From: Candidatus Kaiserbacteria bacterium
GTDB taxonomy: Bacteria > Patescibacteriota > Minisyncoccia > Phycocordibacterales > SBAW01
Assembly: GCA_009691465.1 (NCBI GenBank)
Contig: SICK01000001.1
Span: 24,705 to 88,704 of the forward strand
DNA: 64,000 nucleotides
Direction: 5' to 3'
The notes beneath the pieces were generated by a model, which searched no databases, had not been told where the DNA came from, and saw nothing but the letters and a program-made list of their open reading frames with translations. The position numbers and the translations under genes are program-made. Of this stretch, positions 55,171 through 63,499 are shown piece after piece. How positions within the stretch are numbered: position 1 is the stretch's first letter; every line of letters starts with the position of its first letter.

Positions 55171-57297
55171 CTATGCAACCGGCCAGTGCTCGACCATCAG
55201 TAGGTCTTTTTTGCTGGGCATACTGTCCCAAATCTCTTCGGTGACAAACGGCATAAAGGGGTGCAGGAGTTTAAGCGAGTTCTCCAACAAGTAATACAAC
55301 GTCGCACCGTACTCCGGCTTGCCCTTGCTCTCCTCCAAGATCTCGGCGGCAAAGCGGTCCCATACGTAGTGGTAGAGCTTCTCCGCCGCCATATAGATGC
55401 GATACTCCTCCAGGTCTTTGGTGACGTCTTGCGCCATCGTATCAAACTCCGCTTTGAGTTCCGGCTTAATCTCGCCCGTACTATCCTGCGAGAGCACAAA
55501 CCGGGTGATGTTCCAGAGCTTGTTGGCAAAGAGTTTGTAACCCTTTATCTTTTGCTCGTCGAACTTGACGTCGCTCCCCAGCGGCGCCCCCACGATGAGC
55601 CCCATGCGCAAGGCGTCCGCGCCATACTTTTCTATCATCAGAAGCGGGTCAACGCCGTTATTGAGTGACTTGCTGAACTTGCGTCCGTCTTTGGCGCGCA
55701 CAAGCCCGTGGATAAACACGATGTTAAACGGTACCACCCCCAGGTGGAAGGTGCCCATCAGTATCATGCGAGAGACCCATAGCTGGAGTATCTCGTACGC
55801 CGGAGACATAAACGACGTGGGGTAGAACGTCTCCAGGTCTGCCGTCTTCTCGGGCCATCCGAGCGTGGAGAAGGGCCACAGTGCAGAGGAAAACCAGGTG
55901 TCCAGCACATCAGGGTCTTGGCTCCACTCCTCGCCCGGAGAAGTCTCGCTCACGGTGGACTCCTCGCCCCTGTACCACACGGGGATGCGGTGCCCGAACC
56001 AGATCTGCCGGCTGATGCACCAGTCGCGCAGGTTGTCTATCCAGTGGAAGTACGTTTTGCGAAATCCTTCCTGCGGCATATCCACCGCGCCGCTTTCTAC
56101 CGCCGCGCGCATAAGCGCTTTGAGCGTAGTCTCGCTCCCGCTCGCGACACCGGGTATCTCCGAATAGGGGATAGTAAATGGTTTGTTGACGTCTATCCAC
56201 CACTGGAGTTTTGGCAGCGGCTCAATAATCGCGCCCGTGCGCTCGGAGGTCGAAACGTTTTGTTTGATGTCCTCTACTTTTTCCAACAAGCCCTCGCTCT
56301 GCAGCCACTCGGCTACCAGCTCGCGCGCCTCGGCAGTTTTTTTGCCGTGCAGGCGACCTTCTACTTCCATCTTTGCGTACTCGTTGATTACTTGGGGCCG
56401 CGGGAGGTCGTGCCGCTCGGCAATGTCCCAGTCGGTTTGGCTGTGCGCCGGCGTAACCCCCAAGGCGCCGGTACCAAACTCTGGTTCGACCGCAGGGTCC
56501 GCAATTATTTTTATATGCACCGGGACATCACAAAACACCGCATCGTACTCTTGACCCACATATTGTCTGTAGCGCTCATCGTCGGGGTGCACCGCCACTG
56601 CGGTGTCGCCCACTTTTGTCTCGAGCCGTGTGGTGGCTACGGGGATAGGGAAGTCTTTAGAGTAGCGAAACGTGTAGAGTTTGGCGTCACGCTCTTCGTA
56701 CAAGGTCTCATCGTCCGAAATAGTAGTCTGGCCTTTTGGGTCCCAGTTGACGATGCGGTTGCCCCGGTAGATAAGCCCCGCCTCGAACATCCGCTTAAAG
56801 GCGGTAAACACCGCCGTGTTGCGCGCCTCATCCATCGTGTAGGCGTAGCGCGACCAGTCGAGCGACGCGCCCATACGGCGGACCTGGCTCAAAATGGTGC
56901 TCTCGCTGTTTTTTGCAAACTCGGTGACGCGCTTGACCAGCTCATCGCGCCCGATGTCGTAGCGGCTTTTCCCCTCTTCTTTTTGGATATCTTTTTCTAC
57001 CCGAGCTTGGGTGGGGAGTGCTGCCGAGTCGGTGCCCGGGATCCATAGCGCTTTTTTGCCGCGCATCCGCTGAAAGCGGATGACGATATCCTGCAGGGCG
57101 TCTTCGTAGGCGTGGCCCACGTGGAGCGTGCCGGTCACGTTAGGCGGGGGGAGGATTACGGTAAAGGCCTCCGCGCGCTCGCCAGGCAGGTTGTCCGGGT
57201 TAAAGTAGCCCGATTCCTCCCACTTCTTATATATAGCTCCCTCGGTCGCCGTGGGGTCGTAGGGCTTTAGAAACTTCTCGGGGACGTCTGGGGCCAT
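55171..57297 (-). CDS. valS: Valine--tRNA ligase (compact, no C-terminal coiled coil)
   Basis: HIGH region PNVTGTLHVGHA, editing-domain motif TTRLET, KMSKS as KFSKSL. 708 aa. Confidence 0.95.
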   Translation of the reverse strand: MAPDVPEKFLKPYDPTATEGAIYKKWEESGYFNPDNLPGERAEAFTVILPPPNVTGTLHVGHAYEDALQDIVIRFQRMRGKKALWIPGTDSAALPTQARVEKDIQKEEGKSRYDIGRDELVKRVTEFAKNSESTILSQVRRMGASLDWSRYAYTMDEARNTAVFTAFKRMFEAGLIYRGNRIVNWDPKGQTTISDDETLYEERDAKLYTFRYSKDFPIPVATTRLETKVGDTAVAVHPDDERYRQYVGQEYDAVFCDVPVHIKIIADPAVEPEFGTGALGVTPAHSQTDWDIAERHDLPRPQVINEYAKMEVEGRLHGKKTAEARELVAEWLQSEGLLEKVEDIKQNVSTSERTGAIIEPLPKLQWWIDVNKPFTIPYSEIPGVASGSETTLKALMRAAVESGAVDMPQEGFRKTYFHWIDNLRDWCISRQIWFGHRIPVWYRGEESTVSETSPGEEWSQDPDVLDTWFSSALWPFSTLGWPEKTADLETFYPTSFMSPAYEILQLWVSRMILMGTFHLGVVPFNIVFIHGLVRAKDGRKFSKSLNNGVDPLLMIEKYGADALRMGLIVGAPLGSDVKFDEQKIKGYKLFANKLWNITRFVLSQDSTGEIKPELKAEFDTMAQDVTKDLEEYRIYMAAEKLYHYVWDRFAAEILEESKGKPEYGATLYYLLENSLKLLHPFMPFVTEEIWDSMPSKKDLLMVEHWPVA

Positions 57298-57306
57298 TGG
57301 GCCATT

Positions 57307-58416
57307 CTAGCTTGCTATAGAAAGATTTCCAACGGCTCGCAGCTCGGGGCCGGCGGTATCATTTAGCCCCGAGAGGGCGCGGGCGAGGGCGGCTTGGGCT
57401 ATCATGATGGCGTTGTCGCCCGTTATTGAGAGTTGCGGGAGGCGCAGGTCGATGTCGGGAAACTCCTCCAGTACGAGCGCCTGCAGCTTTTCGCGGATGT
57501 AGCGGTTGGCCGCCACCCCGCCGCCTATTACGAACGTCTGCGCGTTGGTCTGCTCCAACGCCTGGCGCGTTTTGGATACCATCACATCGGCGATGGCGTC
57601 CTCAAGCTCGGCAGCAAAGGCTGCGATCTCGTCGTTTGAGAGCTTTTGTATACCGCCGCGGTCGCGCAGCGCGTACAGAGCAGCAGTTTTTAGTCCCGAA
57701 AAAGAAAAATCACAGGTACCGGAGTTGATCATCGGTCGGGGGAGTTTGGGCACGGAAAAAGTTCCGGAAAAGGGAGTTGGGGTCGTGTTCATCTCTCCCT
57801 TTTCCGGAAGCTTTTTCCGTGCCTGTGCAGCCAGCTTAGAAATCTCCGGCCCGCCGGGATAGGGGAGCCCCAGCATGCGCGCGACTTTATCGAACGCCTC
57901 ACCGACGGCGTCATCCAGCGTCTTGCCGATGATCTCGTATTGCAGCCACTCTTTCATCAAAACAAACTCCGTGTGTCCGCCCGAAATCAAAAGCGCAAGC
58001 ACAGACATTCTAACGTTTTGCAAAATGTTTGAATGTTCGCCGCTTGGTTGGGCAAGAGAGGAGATTAAGTGGCCCTCCATGTGATTGGTGGGCAAGAGGG
58101 GGACGTTCTTTTCAGCCGCAACTTTTTTGGCAAACTCGATCCCGGTCCAGAGCGCCGGCTCGAGCCCCGGGCCGTGGGTCACCGCTACGGCGTCGAACTC
58201 CTCGTTTGCAAACTGCTCAAACAGCGCGGGTAGGTTCTTTTGGTGCTCGCGCTTGGCCAGGTTGGGGTATACCCCGCCGTAGGGCGAGTGGAGTAGGGCT
58301 TGCGAAAGCAGAGCGGCCTTTTTGGTCTCAAATGCAAAACCCTCGGAGGTTTTGGTGCCCTCAACTAAAGCAATTCCGGTCTCATCGCAGGAGGTTTCTA
58401 TTGCTAACACTTTCAT
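57307..58416 (-). CDS. tsaD: tRNA N6-adenosine threonylcarbamoyltransferase TsaD
   Basis: MKVLAIETSCDETGIALV, HMEGHL, GGGVAAN. The track N-terminal extension runs into tRNA-Val and was rejected. Confidence 0.9.
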   Translation of the reverse strand: MKVLAIETSCDETGIALVEGTKTSEGFAFETKKAALLSQALLHSPYGGVYPNLAKREHQKNLPALFEQFANEEFDAVAVTHGPGLEPALWTGIEFAKKVAAEKNVPLLPTNHMEGHLISSLAQPSGEHSNILQNVRMSVLALLISGGHTEFVLMKEWLQYEIIGKTLDDAVGEAFDKVARMLGLPYPGGPEISKLAAQARKKLPEKGEMNTTPTPFSGTFSVPKLPRPMINSGTCDFSFSGLKTAALYALRDRGGIQKLSNDEIAAFAAELEDAIADVMVSKTRQALEQTNAQTFVIGGGVAANRYIREKLQALVLEEFPDIDLRLPQLSITGDNAIMIAQAALARALSGLNDTAGPELRAVGNLSIAS

Positions 58417-58554
58417 AAATTTGGTGGTCACAAGTCGAGCTTCGCCGTCGCGCAACTCGCTCGCGACCCCGGCTCGCGGCTCTGCAAATGCAGGGCATCG
58501 CTGCGCCTTGCACAAAGCACAAAGTCTGCCGTGAGGCATACTTTGTGTCTTTTG

Positions 58555-58627
58555 TGCACCCTGAGAGATTCGAACTCCCGGCCTACCCCACGTCAAGGGG
58601 TCGCTCTACCAACTGAGCTAAGGGTGC
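58555..58627 (-). tRNA. tRNA-Val (GAC)
   Basis: GCACCCTTAGCTCAGTTGGTAGAGC, anticodon loop TTGACGT. Confidence 0.9.
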
Positions 58628-58653
58628 GCCATCAAAAAATAGCAGAGAAAGCG

Positions 58654-58908
58654 CTATTTGTCATCGCCCCAGCGCCAGCGCGCGGGCTCGCCGGTCTTGT
58701 GGGCGATATACCAAAGAGCCGCGACCAACAGAGCGGTCTGCGGAATAAAATTTATGAGCGTGTCGCTTACCGAGTGCGAGGAGGAGTCGATGCGATAAAA
58801 GTTGGCGAGCATGAGCACCAAAAATAGCAGCATAATCAGCCACCCCTCCCACGTGGCCGGGTACCAGCCATAGCCGTAGCGTTTGGCTTTGAACCAGTAT
58901 TTTTGCAT
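58654..58908 (-). CDS. Small membrane protein (YGYGWYPATWEGW motif)
   Basis: MQKYWFKAKRYGYGWYPATWEGWLIMLLFLVLML. The track extension overlaps tRNA-Ser. Confidence 0.55.
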   Translation of the reverse strand: MQKYWFKAKRYGYGWYPATWEGWLIMLLFLVLMLANFYRIDSSSHSVSDTLINFIPQTALLVAALWYIAHKTGEPARWRWGDDK

Positions 58909-58933
58909 TACTTCTATGTTAGTTTTTAATGAG

Positions 58934-59020
58934 CGGAGGAGGTGAGATTCGAACTCACGGTGAGGTTTCCCCCACGCCACATTTCGAGTGTGGTGCCTTC
59001 GACCACTCAGCCACTCCTCC
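58934..59020 (-). tRNA. tRNA-Ser (CGA)
   Basis: GGAGGAGTGGCTGAGTGGTCGAAGGC, anticodon loop CTCGAAA, long variable arm. Confidence 0.9.
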
Positions 59021-59078
59021 TTGGTCTAGCCAAAATAAAGTACCATTTTTTAGCGTTTTACGCTATAGTTTGAGCCAA

Positions 59079-59150
59079 GGCCCTATCGTCTAACGGTTAG
59101 GACGCCGGCTTTTCAAGCCGTTAATCCGGGTTCGATTCCCGGTAGGGTCA
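59079..59150 (+). tRNA. tRNA-Glu (TTC)
   Basis: GGCCCTATCGTCTAACGGTTAGGAC, anticodon loop TTTTCAA, T-arm CCGGGTTCGATTCCCGG. Confidence 0.9.
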
Positions 59151-59237
59151 CAATTTTTTTAGCCTTATTCCACAACGCCGTTTGGAGCACCCAAACGGGA
59201 AATTTTCGCGAGTTGGAACCATGCTAGCATTTAAGAC

Positions 59238-59708
59238 ATGGCGCGAATTGGTAATGTCATTTTTTGGATTATTGCTGTGGCCGTGGGGGGTTTCTTCTTA
59301 ATGATGTTTGCGGCTGGAATTATGTCTGGTTTGGGTACACAGAATCAGGCAAACGGAGTCTCAGTGACCGACTCAAATCCTATTGGGCTTCATATAATAA
59401 ACGAACAAGTAAAACTGGGAGACACCATTACGGTTGTATGGGATTCGACGAGAATTCCTCCTAATGCTCGGGGTATGGGCTTGCATATTGTCCGGCCAGA
59501 CCATAATTACGTAAGTGGAGTTGGGGTCGTAGGAATTGACCCAAGACTTGGCTCGTATCAACTGCAAAAGCTCCCCAGCGAACCTTTTTATGGATTTGTT
59601 GACGGCGGAGAGTACTACGTCAGCGCTCTGGTCACCGATACGGCAGACCCTAATGGGAATATACTCATGAAGGCGGATAGTGATTCCTTTCGAATAATCT
59701 CTCAATGA
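59238..59708 (+). CDS. Hypothetical membrane-anchored protein
   Basis: N-terminal TM VIFWIIAVAVGGFFLMMFAAGIM followed by a beta-rich domain. AT-richer codon usage. Confidence 0.5.
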   Translation: MARIGNVIFWIIAVAVGGFFLMMFAAGIMSGLGTQNQANGVSVTDSNPIGLHIINEQVKLGDTITVVWDSTRIPPNARGMGLHIVRPDHNYVSGVGVVGIDPRLGSYQLQKLPSEPFYGFVDGGEYYVSALVTDTADPNGNILMKADSDSFRIISQ

Positions 59709-60082
59709 AAAGACATTTCATATGGTTCTTCATTACAGTCGCCCTGCTCTGGGGGATTGGTGTAGCGGGTAGTATCGTCTTTGAGTGCCAAGGTGCTCTA
59801 GGTTCAGGAGTTCGGTGTGCCAAAGGAGGCCCACTTGGTTTGTTTATGGAAGGCTACTTGCCGAGTATGGAGATAGGTCTGATTTTCGTGATCTTCCTCG
59901 GCATTCCTGTAGCGATAGTTGTCGGTTCGATTATGCTTTTTCGAAGAATTTCAAAGCAAGAGAAAGTACAAAGTGTGTCTGCACCGAATTCAACTCAACA
60001 TACCTCATGGACAAAATACCTCCTGCTAATCCCTACAATAGGGATAGGTATTATATTTTTACTGAATATTCTGTTTGATTAA
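59705..60082 (+). CDS. Hypothetical membrane protein
   Basis: 4-nt overlap with the upstream ORF. Three hydrophobic helices. Confidence 0.5.
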   Translation: MKRHFIWFFITVALLWGIGVAGSIVFECQGALGSGVRCAKGGPLGLFMEGYLPSMEIGLIFVIFLGIPVAIVVGSIMLFRRISKQEKVQSVSAPNSTQHTSWTKYLLLIPTIGIGIIFLLNILFD

Positions 60083-60148
60083 TTCCCTCCCAAACCGCTG
60101 CCACTGATACAGCTCCCATACTAGCTGGTTCCAATTAGCTCCCACTTG

Positions 60149-60200
60149 GGTCAGCGCAGAAAAAGAGCCGCCATAAGGCGGCCTTTTTTGTACGCTGACC
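60149..60200 (+). terminator. Long composite hairpin / bidirectional terminator
   Basis: GGTCAGCG...AAAAAG.GCCGCC-ATAA-GGCGGC.TTTTTT...CGCTGACC. Confidence 0.6.
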
Positions 60201-60355
60201 ACTAAGCAAAGTCTGGGAGACTTTGCGGCCGGGAATCGAAAGCCGGAGCGGGCCCCAGACCAGCAGGTCTGGGAGCGAGGCAGGGTCGTGCGGCCAAAAT
60301 TGCGACGGCAATTTTGGAACGCCTGACCGATCCGTGCTTGCCTGCGGCAAGACAC

Positions 60356-60370
60356 TTCCCGGTAGGGTCA
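60356..60370 (+). repeat. Direct repeat of the tRNA-Glu 3' end (att-like)
   Basis: TTCCCGGTAGGGTCA is identical to 59136-59150. Confidence 0.7.
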
Positions 60371-60394
60371 GCGCAAGGGGAGTATGATAGGGCT

Positions 60395-60799
60395 ATGGCT
60401 AAACGAAAAGCGCCCGGAAGCACGGGCAGGGGGAAATTTTATCGGATAGAGTTGCGGCCCAAAGGGCAGTTTAGCAGCTTCCGCGTACAGGATGTGGGTA
60501 AAAAGGGCGGGCTCGAGCGCCTGGCCGGACACCGCCGTAGCGGTAGTTGGGACACGGTGTCGTGGCTGATATCCAAAGACAAAGCGTCGGTGGTCAAAGG
60601 GCACCTCAAGATTACGGGCAAAAAAGAGCAGAGCGTACTCAAACAAATCAAAGGGCCGATTGTGCACGTCAAAGCCGATATCTTCCGCGCGCATCCGCGC
60701 AACGTCCCGGAGGCCAAAAAGCCCACCCCCGCTATGCGCCGGGCACAGCGCGCCAACATCAAAAAAGCACAGACGGCCCGGGCAAAGAAGCGCCGCTAA
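60395..60799 (+). CDS. Hypothetical basic protein
   Basis: MAKRKAPGSTGRGKFYRIELRPKG... with a K/R-rich tail. TATGAT (60383-88) lies 6 nt before the ATG. Confidence 0.55.
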   Translation: MAKRKAPGSTGRGKFYRIELRPKGQFSSFRVQDVGKKGGLERLAGHRRSGSWDTVSWLISKDKASVVKGHLKITGKKEQSVLKQIKGPIVHVKADIFRAHPRNVPEAKKPTPAMRRAQRANIKKAQTARAKKRR

Positions 60800-60817
60800 A
60801 AACGCTATACTAGAGGT

Positions 60818-61216
60818 ATGGTCAAAAAGATAGTTACCTTCTTCGACAAGCTTGAGGACCGGGTGCGTATACGGCTCTCGCACAACCCCATACTCTATGC
60901 GCTTGTGGGCGCGGTGGGGATCATTTTGCTCTGGAAGGGCGTGTGGGAGGTCGCCGAGCTCATCCCCGCGCTCCATGGGTTCGGCTCGCTCATTGCCGGC
61001 ATCATCATATTGCTGATGAGCGGCCTCTTGGTGTCGTTTTTTATAGGCGACAGCATCATCCTCTCGGGATTTAAAAAAGAAAAGAAATTGGTAGAAAAGA
61101 GCGAGCTCGATATTTTAAAAGCCGAAGAGTCGCAGACCACCGAGATTATGCGCAAGCTCGAGCATTTAGAAAAGGACATCCACGAGCTCAAAGGCGACCA
61201 CCGCCACAACGTATAA
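60818..61216 (+). CDS. Hypothetical membrane protein with C-terminal coiled coil
   Basis: TATACT (60806-11) lies 6 nt before the ATG. Two TM helices followed by a charged helix. Confidence 0.55.
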   Translation: MVKKIVTFFDKLEDRVRIRLSHNPILYALVGAVGIILLWKGVWEVAELIPALHGFGSLIAGIIILLMSGLLVSFFIGDSIILSGFKKEKKLVEKSELDILKAEESQTTEIMRKLEHLEKDIHELKGDHRHNV

Positions 61217-62143
61217 CTATTTAGCCGCTTTCAAAAAGAAGTAGATGTCTTCGAGCGCTTTGACCGCGTCGCCGGCGGCGATGTTGTTTTGGTGATACAG
61301 GCCGTCGGAGCAGTCGCCCGCGGCCCAGATGCCCGCGACACTGGTGCGCTGGGTCTTGCCGTCTACCTTGATCTTGCCCCACTCGTCGAGTGCAACAAGG
61401 CCGCTCACGAGCTCGGTCGCCGGGATCATGCCTATTTCTACAAAGATGCCCGCGACCGGGGTCTCAACCGTCTCGCCGGTCTCTACGTTTTTGGTGACGA
61501 TAGACTTTACAAATTGCTCGCCTTTGACCTCGACGGGCGTGTGGGGGGTGAGCACGCGCATGTTGGGGTGGGCGAGCACCGCATCAACGGTCGCTTTGTC
61601 GGCGCGCAAAAACTCCTCGCGGCGGTGTATCAGTGTGACCGACTTGCAGTAGGCCAACAATTGCGCCGCGGTCTCAAAACCCGCATTGCCGCCGCCTACG
61701 ACCGCCACATCCTGGCCCGTAAAGAGCGGCCCGTCACAGCTGGCGCAGTAGGTGACGCCCTTGTTTTCAAACTCGGCCGCGCCTTTTGCCTCCAACTTTT
61801 TGCGTGAGCCGCCGGTTGCAACCAGCACCGTTTTGGCGGGGTAGATACTGCCGGTCGTTTGTATAGAAAAATGATCGCCTGCGGATTCGACTTTGCTGGC
61901 GCGCTCGCCGAGCTTAATATCGAGCACATCCGAAGCATACTCGCGCAGGTGCTTCTCTAACTGTTTGGCCATCTCCAAACCTTTGATATGCGGCGTGCCT
62001 ATCCAGTTTTGGACATCCTGGCTGTCGACAGACTGGCCGCCTACCGCTTCTGCTATAAAAACCGTGTTGAGCCTCTTGCGTGCCGCGTACACTCCCGCGG
62101 CAACACCTGCGGGCCCGCCGCCGATAATCGCCAAATCATACAT
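61217..62143 (-). CDS. trxB: Thioredoxin-disulfide reductase
   Basis: FAD site IIGGGPAGVAAGVYAARK, redox CASCDG, NADPH site VVGGGNAG. Confidence 0.9.
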   Translation of the reverse strand: MYDLAIIGGGPAGVAAGVYAARKRLNTVFIAEAVGGQSVDSQDVQNWIGTPHIKGLEMAKQLEKHLREYASDVLDIKLGERASKVESAGDHFSIQTTGSIYPAKTVLVATGGSRKKLEAKGAAEFENKGVTYCASCDGPLFTGQDVAVVGGGNAGFETAAQLLAYCKSVTLIHRREEFLRADKATVDAVLAHPNMRVLTPHTPVEVKGEQFVKSIVTKNVETGETVETPVAGIFVEIGMIPATELVSGLVALDEWGKIKVDGKTQRTSVAGIWAAGDCSDGLYHQNNIAAGDAVKALEDIYFFLKAAK

Positions 62144-62152
62144 CCCTGTATC

Positions 62153-63322
62153 TTACTTCATCTTCGGCCTGCGGAGAAACGACGGGACCGCGCCCCACTC
62201 GTCGTCCTCTTCGTCGGCAGGCTTCGGGGTTGCCTTTGTCTCCGCCGGTTTCTCCTCCTTTTCTTTTACGGTGGCGGTGGTGCTAAATATCTTACCCAAC
62301 GGCGCTTCCTCCGTGTCCTTCTCGCGGAAGGCCCCAAAGAGCGGCGTGCCGCGCGGGGCGATACCCGCCGCGGGGAAGCCGGTCGCGATAACAGTCACGC
62401 GCACCTCGCCTTTTTTGAGCTTTTCGTCGCGCACCGCGCCGAAGATTATTTTGGCATTACTGTCCACCGACTCGGTTATTATTTTTGCCGCTTCGTGCAC
62501 CTCGAGCATGCCGAGGTCATCCCCGCCGGCGATGGCAAAGAGCACTCCCTTGGCCCCGTTGATAGAGAGCTCGAGCAGGGGAGACGAGACCGCCGCCTTG
62601 GCCGCGGCCGCGGCGCGGTTTTCTCCCGAAGCGACCCCGATGCCCATCAGGGCGCTTCCGGCGTTTTCCATAACCGCGCGGATGTCGGCAAAGTCGACGT
62701 TGATGATGCCCGGGTTGGTGATGAGGTCGGAGATGCCCTCGACGGCTTGCTTGAGCACATCGTCGCACATAGCAAAGGCGTGTTTGAGCGTAGTGTCCTT
62801 GGCCACGGTGGCCAAGAGCCGGTCGTTGGGGATCACGATGAGCGCATCCACTTCTTTGCGGAGCTCCTCGAGGCCTATCTCGGCGATGCGCATGCGCTGG
62901 GCGCCTTCAAACGAAAATGGCTTGGTGACGACACCCACCGTGAGCGCTCCCATCTCTTTGGCAGTCCGTGCGACCACGGGTGCCGCGCCCGTGCCCGTCC
63001 CACCCCCCATGCCGCAGGCGACAAAGACCATGTCGCTGCCTTTCATCGCCTGTTGTACTTCCTCTTTAGTTTCTTCCGAAGCGCGTTTGCCGATTTCGGG
63101 GTTCATGCCCGCGCCCAAGCCGCGCGTAAGGTTTTTGCCGATGTGGATTTTTTTCTTGGCCTGCGAGTGATGCAAGTCCTGCGCGTCGGTGTTGATGGCG
63201 ATAAAGTCCACGCCGCGTACCTTGGACTCTATCATGTGATTGACGGCATTTTTGCCCGAGCCGCCGACGCCGACGACGCGGATCCGTGCGAACGCTTCTA
63301 CTTCGGGTTGTACTTGCGGCAT
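62153..63322 (-). CDS. ftsZ: Cell division protein FtsZ
   Basis: [10 protein letters not shown], tubulin signature [14 protein letters not shown]-terminal peptide [12 protein letters not shown]. Confidence 0.97.
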   Translation of the reverse strand: MPQVQPEVEAFARIRVVGVGGSGKNAVNHMIESKVRGVDFIAINTDAQDLHHSQAKKKIHIGKNLTRGLGAGMNPEIGKRASEETKEEVQQAMKGSDMVFVACGMGGGTGTGAAPVVARTAKEMGALTVGVVTKPFSFEGAQRMRIAEIGLEELRKEVDALIVIPNDRLLATVAKDTTLKHAFAMCDDVLKQAVEGISDLITNPGIINVDFADIRAVMENAGSALMGIGVASGENRAAAAAKAAVSSPLLELSINGAKGVLFAIAGGDDLGMLEVHEAAKIITESVDSNAKIIFGAVRDEKLKKGEVRVTVIATGFPAAGIAPRGTPLFGAFREKDTEEAPLGKIFSTTATVKEKEEKPAETKATPKPADEEDDEWGAVPSFLRRPKMK

Positions 63323-63426
63323 GAGTAAGTTGGAATTGCGCTGATAAATGTTGCATCAGTGTACCTCTCTGTTTTTGCATGTGCAAGCAACCTGCAATCC
63401 CCAGCACTCTGCTCAAACGCTTAGGC

Positions 63427-63455
63427 ACAAAAAAGCCCCAGTTAAGGGCTTTTTT
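63427..63455 (-). terminator. Bidirectional-looking hairpin between ftsA and ftsZ
   Basis: CAAAAAAGCCC-cagttaa-GGGCTTTTTTG. Confidence 0.65.
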
Positions 63456-63499
63456 GCTGCTTCGACAAAACTCTTGACGCCTTATCCTTTTGTATCCCG

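Larger units (their letters stand above)
59151..60355. mobile_element. Putative integrated islet remnant at tRNA-Glu (no integrase present)
   Basis: Bounded by exact 15-nt direct repeats TTCCCGGTAGGGTCA (59136-50 in the tRNA, and 60356-70). The interior is visibly AT-richer and holds two orphan ORFs. Confidence 0.45.

Noticed and set aside
58417-58554. Imperfect inverted repeat (GCACAAAGCACAAAGT ... ACTTTGTGTCTTTTGTGC) and a GTCGCG/CGCGAC stem between tRNA-Val and tsaD.
   Set aside because: The stems are imperfect with large loops. This is probably ordinary processing or terminator structure after the tRNA, and there is no recurrence elsewhere in the window.
57307-58596. N-terminal extensions of track ORFs that run into tRNA genes: tsaD to 58596, ORF 58654-58980, and ORFs 5581-5808, 7121-7312, 11393-11602 and 11434-11646.
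   Set aside because: The extended parts overlap well-folded tRNAs. Conserved N-termini begin at internal ATGs, for example MKVLAIETSCDE for TsaD.
60201-60370. Possibility that the structured segment ending in a tRNA-like 3' sequence is a tmRNA (ssrA).
   Set aside because: Only the 3' half of a T-stem plus the acceptor strand is present, with no complete T-arm, no 5' acceptor partner and no tag-peptide reading frame ending in ..AA-stop. An att-type duplication of tRNA-Glu explains it better.
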